Part shown: piece after piece, positions 12,001 through 26,774 of the stretch | Position numbering within the stretch: the first letter of the stretch is position 1 | Layout of the letters: the number at the start of each line of letters is the position of its first letter | Source: Eledone cirrhosa | Taxonomy: Eukaryota | Direction of reading: 5' to 3' | DNA length: 64,000 bases | Assembly (NCBI GenBank): GCA_964016885.1 | Contig: OZ024751.1 | Coordinates: 5,084,001 to 5,148,000, forward strand | Program-made: the position numbers and the translations under genes | Notes under the pieces: generated by a model | What the model saw: the letters and a program-made list of their open reading frames with translations, nothing else | Told to the model about the DNA's origin: nothing | The model's database searches: none

Positions 12001-13083
12001 AGGAAGCTATTGACTATCTACAACATGTTCCACAAGAGGAGTGATGTCGATAGACTCTACTTAAGGAGATCTGAAGGTGGAAGAGGTCTTATCAGCATAG
12101 AGGACTGTGTTCAGATGGAGAAAAACAACCTACACAAATACGTGACTGATAGTAAGGAGCCAATGCTCAGAATTGTACTGAAGGAGAGGACAATAGACCA
12201 GGGTATGTCCAATGAGGAAATAACAATAAGGAGAAAGAGCAGCCTTCATGAAAAATCCCTTCATAGTACCTTCTTTGAGAAAACTGAATTCAGAGATCCA
12301 CAGACAAGGAACTGGTTGAAAAGAGGAAACCTTAAAAAGGCTACAGAAGGAATGCTAATGGCTGCGCAAGAGCAGGCCCTCAAAACGAAGTGGGTGAAAT
12401 ACCATATTTACAAGGAGGAGGCTAGCCCACTGTGTAGGATCTGTGGAGAGAGAGAGAGGAGACTGTGGTTCACATTGTATCCGAGTGTAAACACCTAGCC
12501 CAGACTCACTATAAAGGCTGGAGACATAATGTGATGGGCAGGGTGATCCACTGGCACCTATGCAAAGTAAACAATTTACCACATTCTGAGAAGTGGTATG
12601 AGCATAAGCCAGAGTCGGTGATAGAAAACGATCAGGTGAAGGTGCTATGGGATATTAGGATACAGACGGACAAGAAACGGGAACACAATAGACCTGACCT
12701 GGTGGTTTTGGACAAGGAAAAAAGATCGTGCCTGATTGTGGATGTGGCCTGCCCATTCGACACGAGAGTGGAAGAGAAGGAGAGGGAGAAAATTAACCGA
12801 CACCAGGACTTAAAGTGGGAGGTAAAAAGGATTTGGAACTGCCATGAAGTCAAAGTGGTCCCGATTATCATAGGCGCACTAGGTACTACCTCAAAGAGTT
12901 ACCAAGGATGGTTAAAGAAAATTAGTCCAGCCCCGCTTTTTGGAACACCTCAAAAGGCATGCTTGCTGGGAACAGCAAGAACCCTCCGATACGTCCTGAA
13001 TATCTGAGGCTGCAGGTAGTGGCTTGATATTCATTTCAACAAACTTTCCAGTTAACTAACATCAATGACTGAGACTCAAAGAA
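9092..13083 (+). pseudogene. Decayed near-full-length Dong element
   Basis: ORFs 9894-11099, 11106-11846, 11776-12498 and 12465-13007 tile the 1130-aa protein; ~385-bp deletion near 10277, TGG>TGA at 11097, frameshifts near 11810 and 12455; (TAA)n flanks. Confidence 0.92.
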
Positions 13084-13084
13084 C

Positions 13085-13120
<36 letters not shown>

Positions 13121-13123
<3 letters not shown>

Positions 13124-13520
13124 TGTTTCTACGTTAGGCACAAGGCCAGCAATTATCCAGTGTATTACTGGTACTTTATTTTATCGACCCCGTAAGGATG
13201 AAAGGCAAAGTTAACCCCGGCGGGATTTGACTTCAGAATGGCAACGGCCGTAATTCTATGCGTCAAAGCATGGCGTCCGACCCTCTACCGATACTGCCAA
13301 TAGTTTCTACATCAGGCAAAAGGGCCAGAAATGTGAAGGGGAGGAGAAAGTCGATTAAATCGACCCCAGTACATTACTGGTGCTTTATTTTATCGACTTC
13401 GTAAGGATGAAAGTCAAAGCTAACCTCAGCGGGATTTGAGCTCAGACCCTGAAGGGCCGTAACTCTATGCCGCAAATCATATTGTCCGACGCTCCCTCGA
13501 TACTGCCAATCCACCGCCCT
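13121..13520 (-). mobile_element. Two tandem tRNA-derived SINE copies
   Basis: Reverse complement of the SINE core GCCTTTCATCCTTACGGGGTCGATAAAATAAAGTACCAG; box A/B-like heads. Confidence 0.85.
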
Positions 13521-14461
13521 GTGTTTTAACAGCTACACGGCTTACATTAAGAGGATAAGGACGGTAGAGGAGAAGCTAAATTGTATACTACATCCATTAC
13601 AACAACAACGGTAGTTAGAAGATCATTAATGTTGCAACAACAAACAACAATAACAACAAAAACTAACAACAAAAAGTACAACTAAAATAACAACAACAAC
13701 GAACATCATCATCAACAACAATATTGGCGCATGATTTGGACACCAGATGTATGTATGTGTGAGTGTAAGTGTGAGCATGTTTATATGTGTGTATATATGC
13801 ACGTGTATGTATGCGTGTATATGTAAGTGTATGTATATGGCTGTGTGTGCGGGTATGTATATGTATATATGTATATATGTGTGTAAGTGTATGTATATGT
13901 AATGTTTACCCGTGCATGTGTATATGTGTTTATATGTATGTGTATATATGTGTGTACATATATGTATGTAGGTATATGTATGTATATGTTACATTACAGC
14001 AATATACACAATACGTAAAACAGTGTTTCGTATGATAGAGGAAGGAGCCGTCCATTATATTGTATGTCCTCTACATACGTAGAAGTGTAACGTCTAATCT
14101 ATGTCCCCTACATACGTAGAAGTGTAACGTCTAATCTATGTCCCCTACATACGTAGAAGTGTAATGTCTAATCTATGTTCCCTACATACGTAGAAGTGTA
14201 ACGTCTAATCTATGTCCCCTACATACGTAGAAGTGTAACGTCTAATCTATGTCCCCTACATACGTAGAAGTGTAACGTCTAATCTATGTCCCCTACATAC
14301 GTAGAAGTGTAATGTCTAATCTATGTTCCCTACATACGTAGAAGTGTAACGTCTAATCTATGTCCCCTACATACGTAGAAGTGTAACGTCTAATCTATGT
14401 TCCCTACATACGTAGAAGTGTAACGTCTAATCTATGTTCCCTACATACGTAGAAGAGTAAA

Positions 14462-15048
14462 ATTGAAATACTTGAGACTTCCTGTATGTCGGAAACTGCT
14501 TGAGAAAGAGACGGAACCAACAAAGAAGTAAATAATAAACCTGTAGTCCAGTCTACAACATTAGGCATAGTTTCAAATAGATATATTGAAACAAATAGCA
14601 GGTTGACTGATGAAATGACAAGCCAGTCAATCATATAGGTGGCCTCCCACAGCCTCGGCAGACAGAATGGAAAAGGCGTTTCCCCGGAGGACGGCAAGGG
14701 AGACGCGCTGGAAGAGCCATTCCAACTCGCGAGGATTACACCTGCGGCTGGCAAGTTCAGCGCCTATGGTGGAGAGTAGAGAGGTAGCCCTCGGGCCGAG
14801 AACACCAGAAGTCGCCACTGTCAAGGGTACGACCGCAAACCTGTTGGAGAGCGACCAGTATTTGGAGAGTTTGGCCTCCTCAGCCCGACGTGCAGCAGCA
14901 CCTGGGTTAGTCGCAGACTGTACCAGGTTGCAACTGGAGAAAGTGCCGGTGCAAGTGGCATCCCGGACGAGGGGTTTGCCACCGCCGAACGGCAGGAGAG
15001 ACATTCCATCTGGTTTTTTGACGACCCCTCGGTCCATCCCCACCGGCT
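14462..15048 (-). mobile_element. 5'-truncated CRE-like (RLE-type) non-LTR retrotransposon with 14-bp target site duplication (TSD)
   Basis: ORF 14627-15043: KPDGMSLLPF..GKPLVRDATC, AEEAKLSKY, LFQRVSLAVLRGNA; direct repeat CGTAGAAGAGTAAA at 14448-14461 and 15049-15062. Confidence 0.8.
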
Positions 15049-15344
15049 CGTAGAAGAGTAAAGTGTAATCTATGTCCTCTATATACGTAAAAGAGTAAAA
15101 AGAGTAAAGTCTTATCTATGCCCTCTAAATGCGTAGAAGGGTAAAAAGAGCAACGTATTATCTATGCCCCATAAATACGTAGAAATGTAAAGTCTAATCT
15201 ATGTCCCCTACATACGTAGAAGTCTAACGTCTAATTTATGTCCTCTACATACGTAGAAGTGTAAATCGCATGTTGTATGATAGACAGAGGAAGATGTCCA
15301 TTCCCTTTTGTATCTTTCACATATACACCGAAGAGCAAAGTATG

Positions 15345-15526
15345 ATTGTTCCTACTTTTGGCACAAGGCCAGCAATTACCCAGTATATTACTGGTACTTT
15401 ATTTTATCGACCCCGTAAGGATGAAAGGCAAAGTTGACCTCGGCGGGATTTGAACTCAGAATGAAAAGGGCCGTAATTCTATGCGTCAAAGCATGACGTC
15501 CGAACCTCTACCGATACTGCCAATCC
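15345..15526 (-). mobile_element. tRNA-derived SINE
   Basis: Same family as 21139-21325. Confidence 0.85.
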
Positions 15527-16414
15527 GTAAAGTATAATGTCAATTAGAAAGGTTTATTATAGACTGAGGGATACGTCTATTATAATCTATGTTCCCTACA
15601 TACGTAGAAAAGTAACGTCTAAACTGTGTCCGCTACATACGTAGAAGAGTAACGTCTAAACTGTGTCCTCTACATACGTAGAAGTGTAACGTCTAAACTA
15701 TGTCCTCTACATACGTAGAAGTGTAACTTCTAAACTATGTCCTCTACATACGTAGAAGAGTAACGACTAATCTGTATCTTCTACATATGTAGAAGAGTAA
15801 CATCTAAACTATGTCTTCTACATATGTAGAAGGGTAACGTCTAAACTATGTCCTCTACATACGTAGAAGTGTAACGTCTAAACTATGTCTTCTACATACG
15901 TAGAAGTGTAACGTCTAAACTATGTCCTCTACATACGTAGAAGTGTAACTTCTAAACTATGTCTTCTACATACGTAGAAGTGTAACTTCTAAACTATGTC
16001 CTCTACATACGTACATGAGTAACGTCTAATCTGTATCTTCTACATATGTAGAGTAACGTCTAATCTACCTCCCCTACATACGTAGAACAGTATAACCTGT
16101 GTCATCTACATACGTGGAAGAGGAAAGTGTAATCTGAACTAGAATATGTGCGTGGGTGTCAGCTATGTGTATATGTGTGTGTGTATATGTTAAATTACAC
16201 CAATATACACAATACGTAAATCAGTGTTTTATGTGATAGAAGAGGCGACGTCAGTTATGTTGTGTGTCCCCTACTTACGTAGAAGAGGAAAGTCTAATCT
16301 GAAATGGAATGTTGCCATAGCTTTAATTAATTAATTTTTAATTATTTATTGAGCAATTTCATGAAAAATAACTAATTTTCCAAAGAGTGATGTGAAACAC
16401 ATTTATATCTATTA

Positions 16415-18335
16415 TCTACACACACATATACACATACACACATATACACAGACAGTCAGACACACAGACACATATACACAGACAGTCAGACACACAGACA
16501 CATATACACAGACAGTCAGACACACAGACACATATACACATACACACATATACACAGACACACATATACACAGACACACAATACACAGACAGTCAGACAC
16601 ACAGACACATATACACAGATACACACACACACATATAGATACACACATATACACAGACACACACAGACAGTCAGACACATACATACATATACACAGACAC
16701 AAAGAGACAGTCAGACACATACAGACATATACACAGACACATACAGATAGTCAGACACATACATACACACATACACACAGACACACAGAGACAGTCAGAC
16801 ACATACACACAAATACACATACACATACACACATATACACAGACACACACAGACAGTCAGACACATACACACACACATACACAGACAGTCAGACACATAC
16901 ATACATATACACAGACACACACAGACTGTCAGACACATACATACATATACGCAGACACACAGAGACAGTCAGACACATACAGACATATACAGACATATAC
17001 ACAGACACATACAGATAGTCAGACATACATACACACATACACACAGACACACAGAGACAGTGAGACACATACGAACAAATACACAGACACACACAGACAG
17101 TCAGACACATACACACATATACACAGACACACACAGACAGTCAGACACATACATACACACATACACAGACATACACAGACAGTCAGACACATACATACAC
17201 ACATATACACAGACACACACAGACAGTCAGACACATACACACACACATACACAGACACACACAGACAGTCAGACACATACATACACACATATAGACATAC
17301 ACACGCACACATTCACACATACGTATACCCACACATACACAGTTACTCACCAACGTACACCCTCACGCATTTACACGTGTACCCACACATACACACACAT
17401 AAACACACATTCACACATATACACACGCACACACACACACCGTTCCACACACACACATACACACACGCACCGTTCCACACACACGCACACACCATTCACA
17501 CACACACACACACCGTTCCACAGACACATACATACACACACCTTTCCATACACAAACACCTTTCCACACACACCGTTCCACACACACCGTTCCACACACA
17601 CACATATATACACACCTTTCTATACACACACACACCTTTCCACACACACCGTTCCACACACAGCTTTCCACACACACACACACCTTTCCACACACACACA
17701 CACCTTTCACACACACACACACGCACACCGTTCCACACACACATACACACACCTTTCCATACACACACCTTTCCACACACACCGTTCCACACACACACAC
17801 ACACCTTTCCACATACACACACACACGCCTTTCCACACACACACACACACACACACACACCGTTCCACACATACACACACACACACACACACACCGTTCC
17901 ACACACACACACACACACCTTTCCACACACACACACACACACCTTTCCACACACACACACACACCTTTCACACACACACACACACACCGTTCCACACACA
18001 CATACACACACCTTTCCATACACACACACACCTTTCCACACATACCGTTCCACACATACAAACACACACCTTTCCACACACACACACACACGCCTTTCCA
18101 CACACACACACACACACACACACACACCGGTCCACACACACACCCACCCACACACACCTTTCCACACACACACACACACACCGTTCCACACACACACACA
18201 TACACACACCTTTCCATACACACAGACACCTTTCCACACACACCATTCCACACACACACACACACACACCTTTCCACACACACACACACACACCGTTCCA
18301 CACACACACACACACACCTTTCCACACACCACACC
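16415..18335. repeat. Complex CA-rich minisatellites (CACAGACAGTCAGACACAT; CACACCGTTCCA/CACACCTTTCCA units)
   Basis: Directly visible. Confidence 0.9.
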
Positions 18336-18459
18336 AAACAATATTGATATATTGTAACTAATTCAATTCTAGAAGACAACCTCAACTGTTTCATTACAAT
18401 ACTACACTTCTATGGTTTACATTTGTTTATTTATATATTTCTTGCTATATTTATTTAAT

Positions 18460-20592
<2,133 letters not shown>

Positions 20593-21008
20593 ATACTATC
20601 ATAAAACAGATTAAGGTATAAATAAAAGACCGTTGTAAATGCAATTCAATTAACGTTTAATATTTGAAATATTTCTTTTTCGTTGTAAAATTAAATGAAT
20701 TTAATAGAATATGTAAATTACTTTTAAAGTGTTGTGAATGTAATGTGTTTAAAATGGCGGAAAATGATAAGAAAACAGAATTAGACAAACACCAATAAAT
20801 GAAGACAAATGCCAAAAAATAAGCTAATTTCCTTCAAAAATAATGAATATTTAATGAAAATGTATATTATAATTATATTATTGATGATAATAATATTATT
20901 ACTACTATATTTTTTTTTTATTAATGTCATCTTTGCCATCATCATCGTCATCACTATCGTTATCATCATCATCATCATCATCATTGTCGTTGTCGTCAGC
21001 GACATCAC

Positions 21009-21325
21009 CTTACGGTGTCGATAAAATAAAGTACCAGTTATGCACTTGCGTCAATTTAATCGAATTTCCTCCTTTCACTAAAATTGCTGGCCTTGTGCCT
21101 AAATCAGAAACCATTTTTTTTATTATTATTACTTTGATAGGGCGGTGAATTGGCAGTATTGGTAGAGGGTCAGACATGCTTTCTAGAATAGTTACGTCCC
21201 TTTACGATCTGAGTTCAAATCCCGCCGAGGTTAACTTTGCCCTTTCATCCTTACGGGGTCGATAAAATAAAGTACCAGTAATGTACTGGGTAATTGCTGG
21301 CCTTGTGCCAAAAGTAGAAACAATT
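21009..21325 (+). mobile_element. Partial plus full tRNA-derived SINE
   Basis: Full copy 21139-21325: box A TGGCAGTATTGG, box B GAGTTCAAATCC, conserved core, (ATT)n tail. Confidence 0.85.
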
Positions 21326-21339
21326 ATTATTACTTTGAT

Positions 21340-21470
21340 ATCTTAATCAATGATGTTATTTAGCCGGAATGTTTGCCCAAATGATCATCTAGCTACAGCT
21401 TCAGATATTGAGGACGGAGGCTCGTTGTTGTTCTCAGTAGCCATACCTTCTGGAGTGTCCCTCAATCCTT
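21340..21470 (-). mobile_element. Old, diverged Dong-related 3' fragment
   Basis: CAGCTTCAGATATTGAGGAC... resembles the reverse complement of the Dong ORF end (CAGCCTCAGATATTCAGGAC) and 3' UTR. Confidence 0.5.
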
Positions 21471-21766
21471 TTCCTTTCTCCAAGACACTATTTGGATGAC
21501 AGCCAGATCCATGCTGCTGGGTCAAGGAGCACTTGCCGAGTTAGAGTCCTTTACATAAAGTTCCAACCCCTTTTTCATCGTATTAGGTTTGACATTCAAG
21601 TACTCATAAAGAGGATTCATAAATTTAAGGCTGCGCTACCACCTGTGTGTTTAACATGACACCATCACTAAAGTTAAGTACTGGGATCGGTATAACTGAT
21701 TTGTCCCTCAAATTGTTGGTCTTGTGCCTAAATTAGAAAACGTTTTTATTATAGTTGTTATTATTA

Positions 21767-21980
21767 GGACGGGAGATTGGCAGTATCGGTAGAGTGTCGG
21801 ACACCCTGCTTTGTGGCATAGAGTTACAACCTTTTACGTTCTGAGTTCTAATTGCACCGAGGTTAGCTTTGCCTTTCACCCTTACGAGTTCGATAAAATA
21901 AAGTGCCAGTAACACATGTGGTCGATTTAATCGACTTCCCCTCCCCCCAAATTGCTGGACTTGTGCCTATAGTAGAAATC
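21767..21980 (+). mobile_element. tRNA-derived SINE (long variant)
   Basis: Head and core similar to 21139-21325, plus an extra GTCGATTTAATCGAC hairpin segment. Confidence 0.8.
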
Positions 21981-22646
21981 ATGATTAACATTATTATTAA
22001 AATTGAACATGTTAAGTGTTATATACATTTTGTTTTATAGAGTCAACAGTTTGGTAGCTTCAGTGAATGTCAATATTTGCTGTCTTATCAGAATAATTAA
22101 CCGCTCACGTAAAATTACTAGCCATAAATATTTCGTTATACCTGAATACCCGATAAATTATTTTATCGGGTATTCAGGTATAACGAAATAGTGATTGGTT
22201 CGTTGAATAATCGATGGAAGAAGAAGGAGGAGGGAGAATTTTCTGTGTAATTTTCACACAAATTATAATTTAATTCGTAATAACTGATTGATTACCTCTT
22301 TTTGTTTTCTTTTTTAATCAGTTTTACAGATCATTAAAGAAAAAAACAAAAACAAAACAGAAAAAAAAACAAAGAAAAAAAAACAAAGAAATTATGTAAC
22401 AAGTTTAGCTACGACCAGTAAGAGTAAATATCTCTATCAGCTATTGTAGTTATTGCAGTCACGTGACACCTTAGATTAGTTTCTCAAAGTCGTCACACGT
22501 TTTGGTATTAACTAAATTTAATGTTGATAGCCGTAAATATTGGAGTTGACAGAAAACGGTGTTTTCTGCATAAATTGGCACTACGATGTAACTATATATC
22601 TTGGGACCAGACAACATATTTTACTATCCATAGCCATGCTGGTTAA

Positions 22647-22790
22647 ACCTTTCATATTGATGTTAAAGTATTGTGTTAAAAATAAATAATATCAAAATCT
22701 CGTAGATTTGATATTATGTGAGATAATTGTGTGAAAATATTTACCGTGAAAATACAATAGTAAATATAGAGTAATGTAAATGTTAAAGGG
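22647..22790. mobile_element. Possible piggyBac-like MITE
   Basis: TTAA on both sides; degenerate TIR ACCTTTCATATT / AATGTTAAAGGG. Confidence 0.4.
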
Positions 22791-23036
22791 TTAAGTATCA
22801 GCTTCTATTTGGAAATTGAATCTTACCCTGTTTGAATGTTCCTTTAATTCTGTTGGCGTTAGGTTTAGGGTTAAGGTTGTTGTTTAGCCCCAGGTCAGAA
22901 GGCCCGTCATCAAAGAGGTTATAAGGGCCCCACCAAAACTGATTAGTACATACATCCCTTTATTCTTAATGCCTTAATCCCCTTTTAAAACGATATATTT
23001 GGCAATATTTCTAACAGGTAGAGTGATTGCTTAGAG

Positions 23037-23388
23037 CAGAGGTTCTCAAATGTTTGCCCCTCCCCCCTCACGGCCACGTAATACCCCCAGTGTCCCCAAC
23101 CCTATTTCAAGAGAGACCTGCCTACATACAAATTATAAATAATTGTTTCTACTTTTGGCACAAGGCCAGCAATTAGCTCAGTGCTTTATTTTATCGACCT
23201 CGTAAGCAAAGGCAAAGTTAACCTCGACGGGATTTGAATTCAGACCGCAAAGGGTCGTAACTCTATGCTGTAATCAAATTTTGATGTTTAATATACTATT
23301 ATATTATCTCTACCATCCCCGGTCCCAGAGCCCCTTGGACCTTCTCAGCACCTCCGGGGGTCAGTGGTCCCCACTTTGAGAACCTCTG
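23037..23388. mobile_element. hAT (Charlie/MER5-like) MITE with a nested SINE fragment at ~23141-23270 (minus strand)
   Basis: TIR CAGAGGTTCTCAAA / TTTGAGAACCTCTG; 8-bp TSD GCTTAGAG / GCTTAAAG. Confidence 0.85.
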
Positions 23389-23502
23389 GCTTAAAGGGTC
23401 CCTCAATTTTTTCTTTCTCGGTCATTTCTTGTTTGGCAGTCGATAATATATTAACCAGTAATATACTTGATAACACCTGTACAAGAATTAACTAAACTCA
23501 GT

Positions 23503-23675
23503 CTTTTACGGTCTGAGTTCAAATCCCGCCAAGGTCGATGAAATAAAGTACCAGTAACATGCTGGGTCGATTTAATCGACTTTCCCTTCCCCTCAAATTA
23601 CTGGCCTTGTGCCGATACTAGAGATCATTATTAATTATCGCACTGGGTCGCCTTGTGCCAAATGTAGAAACAATT
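23503..23675 (+). mobile_element. Deleted or partial SINE fragments
   Basis: Box B GAGTTCAAATCC and 3' tail motifs. Confidence 0.7.
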
Positions 23676-23784
23676 ATTAATTATTTTACAGATTATGATT
23701 AATGACCCGACAAGGAACAGAATTAGCAGCTTGAGTATATCAACACTCAAATACTGCTTGTAAGTTTTCCTCTAAAGTAGTTCT

Positions 23785-24190
23785 TTATTCTTCTCTTCTT
23801 CCTCTTATTCCTGAGAGGGTTATGGAGGCAGAGTCCTCAAACACTCCTTCCAACAGGTCCTGTCAGAAGCAACTGTCTCCAACTGATCCAGCTGGATCCC
23901 CAAGCGAGACCAGCCAAGCTCATGGATGTTATCCAACCATCTTGCTCAGGGTCTCCTCCTGGGTTTCCTGTCGGTTGGTTTTGCCCCTAGTATCTGTCCA
24001 GCGATTCTTTCCTAAGACATTCTAACCTCATGTTCATAATATCGGAACTGTGATTTCTCAATTCGCAGAAGTAGCGGCTCTACCTGGAGTGCCTCTCAGA
24101 TCTCCGAGCTACACACTCTATCGATTAAAATTACTCCAAAGACCCTTCGGAGTAACGACATTTCGGTCGCATGTAGTACGATCGTAGTTG
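23785..24190 (-). mobile_element. Decayed RTE-like LINE 3' end
   Basis: Minus strand reads ...KPRRRP*ARWLDNIHELGWSRLGI...VASDRTCWK..., followed by a GAAGA-like tail. Confidence 0.55.
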
Positions 24191-25001
24191 CTGGTCTTAT
24201 TTAACGTGTATTGTTACGATAGTTTATCATACTTTGCCAGTTTGCAATCTTCAGTTATTCAGGTAAACATATTTAGTAATCCCCCACCCTTCTTTATTCC
24301 ATTGTGGGTGAGAAGATATTCTTGCCAATATATGTACGAGTGAGAAAAAATGTTCGGCTTTGTATCCAAAATGTATATGACATTTTGAAAAAAAAAAAGG
24401 CTTCGAATGCGAATGTGGGAGAGCTTTGAGCAGAATTCTTTCTCCTGGTCGTTTATTTGAAAGAGTTTCAAGTCAAGGAGATTATTTGAGGATTGACAGC
24501 AGATATTTAAAACACTTGGATACATACAAGATATTCATATATCATACATCGTCTTAATTTTCGTTTCACGATTGTATGGGGTCTTCCCTAAAGTTAATAG
24601 CTGAATAAAATGGAAAGGAAAGTAGATGAGATGAAATCATAAGTAGGAACTGAAGGTTTAAATGGAAACAATCCAATTTTCATTACATTATTTGCTCGTC
24701 ATACTTACATACCAGCGGCGGATCAATATCTTTTTACATTTCTTTCTCTATTTGATTCATTCATTATTTTCCATGAGGAATTCTCTGGAAGACAGCTTAA
24801 ACTGACAATATTGCATTTTTGATTGTCTGTCTAATTTAATACTTCAATATCAGTGTGCGATTATTTGGTTTTAAAATTTTCCCTCCTTTTTTTTCTCTCG
24901 ATCAATTGTATACACTCCATTATTCAACAAACCATTATTGGAAACTATGTTACTGTAAATATAAATTGTTTGACAATGCAATAAGTAATGCAATGTATAT
25001 A

Positions 25002-25874
25002 CGAGGTGTGTCAGAAAAGTTCCAGGACTGATGTCACAAAAGATTTATTTCAAACCCAAACTTCACACTAAGAGTTTTCTCCTTTAAAGTAATCCCCCTG
25101 GAGTCTAATGCACTTTTCCATCCTTTTCTGCCACGCTTGCATGCACTCCTGGGAGGATTCTTCCGGGATCGTCCGCAGTTCCGTCGTCATGGCCTTTTTG
25201 ATGTCGTCCACGTCTTCAAAACGGGTCCCCTCCGGGTCGTACTCGAAGATCCATGACTCATCACCGGTGATGACTGTCCCTTGCAAGTCTGGTTCGGTTT
25301 CAAGACGCTCGAGGATGTCCTGGCACACTTGCGTGCGTCGACCCTTCAGCAGTTTTGGCACCATCTTCGCGCAGACTTTCCGCATGTCTAAATCTTGAAT
25401 GAGAATTTTCCAGACGCTGTCCCGATTCATGCCCAGCTCATTTGCCATCAGTCGAACAGCCAGCCGACGATCGCTACGCACCATCTGCCTGACGCGCTCA
25501 ACGTTGACCTCAGTCCTGGTTGTTGAGGGCCTTCCGCTCCTGGGGTCATCTTCCACGTCCTCGCGTCCTTCTTTAAACCTCTTGCTCATCTCCATACACT
25601 TGCTGCAGCAATTCCAGTGCTTCTGACGGAGTTTTTCCCAACAGTACCAGAAACTTCAAGTTTGTTCGTTGCTCTGTGCTGATTGCTTGACGACCTGAAA
25701 CAGAGGACATGTATATAAAATTATGAAGAAAAATGTTTGATCGCTGCAGAGAGCTAGGATTACAGTTACATACTCCAGGGGGATTACTTTGAAGGAGAAA
25801 ACTCTTAGTGTGAAGTATGGGCTTGAAATAAATATTTTGTGACATCAGTCCTGGAACCTTTCTGACACACCTCG
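25002..25874 (-). mobile_element. Internally deleted mariner DNA transposon
   Basis: TA TSD; TIR CGAGGTGTGTCAGAAAAGTTCCAGGACTGATGTCACAAAA; ORF 25068-25595 with DDPRSGRP, KMVPKLL, ITGDESWIFEYDPE fused directly to GTRF (second and third catalytic Asp deleted). Confidence 0.92.
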
Positions 25875-25961
25875 TATATATATGTATATATATATATATA
25901 GGTTGAAATAAAATGAAAACGAAATTTCATTTCTCACTCTTAGTATGGCACTTACTTAAAT

Positions 25962-26017
25962 GTAAGTATGTATGTATACGTACATACATATATGTATACA
26001 GACGTACAGTAGCATGC

Positions 26018-26050
<33 letters not shown>

Positions 26051-26542
26051 TATACATACAGGTACACATACATATATGCACGCATCAGTTTAGCGGACGC
26101 TTATTATAACGCCGCTTTGTTCGTTTGTAAACAAACTGAACAGCCTGAATTTATGCCATACGGTGTTAAGGCAACCACGTCACCTTTTTGTTCAACACTG
26201 ACACAGATAGTTGAACGTTCGAAAGTATATACTGCCTGACCGATTTAACTCACTCAATATGCAAATTAGGCTGCTCAGCCGTTAATTTTCATAAAGAAAG
26301 TATATACTTTCGAACGTTCAACTATCTGGCAGATGGGTATACGGTGCTGATGATAGCTAACAAGCTTGAAACTAGTACATCGTTCCTGTGTCAGTGTTGA
26401 ACAAAAAGGTGACGTGGTTGCCTTAACACCGTACGGCATAAAATTCAGGCTGTTCAGTTTGTTTACAAATGAACAAAGCGGCGTTATAATAAGCGTCCGC
26501 TAAACTGATGCGTGCATATATGTATGTGTACCTGTATGTATA

Positions 26543-26575
<33 letters not shown>

Positions 26576-26630
26576 GCATGCTACTGTACGTCTGTATACA
26601 TATATGTATGTACGTATACATACACATACT

Positions 26631-26635
<5 letters not shown>
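25962..26635. repeat. Nested foldback (inverted-repeat) element between (TA)n tracts
   Basis: ~25962-26206 is the reverse complement of ~26386-26635; inner inverted repeat 26204-26233 / 26300-26329. Confidence 0.85.
26342..26382 (+). ncRNA. Minimal type I hammerhead ribozyme (PLE-type)
   Basis: CGGTG-CTGATGA-T-AGCT-AACA-AGCT-T-GAAAC-TA-GTA-CATCG: 5-bp stem I, 4-bp stem II, palindromic stem III ACTAGT, GUA cleavage site. Confidence 0.75.
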
Positions 26636-26672
<37 letters not shown>

Positions 26673-26690
26673 AGTATGTGTATGTATACG

Positions 26691-26769
<79 letters not shown>

Positions 26770-26774
26770 GTATG

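Larger units (their letters stand above)
14063..16140. repeat. 37-bp minisatellite array (CTACATACGTAGAAGTGTAACGTCTAATCTATGTCCC), interrupted by a CRE-like insertion and a SINE
   Basis: Head-to-tail units at ~14063-14460, 15049-15265 and 15585-16140; no unique spacers. Confidence 0.92.

Noticed and set aside
14063-16140. CRISPR-like array of 37-bp partly palindromic repeats
   Set aside because: Units are contiguous with no unique spacers, no cas genes, eukaryotic context; it is a minisatellite
21139-21230. tRNA gene
   Set aside because: Box A/B present but fused to the SINE core and repeated more than ten times; no convincing cloverleaf
22290-22425. Possible host exon (polypyrimidine tract-AG ... 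GTAAGA)
   Set aside because: A-rich, no coding signal and no neighbouring exons identifiable; cannot be supported without RNA-seq
22858-22880. Interstitial telomere repeat
   Set aside because: Only about three degenerate TTAGGG-like units
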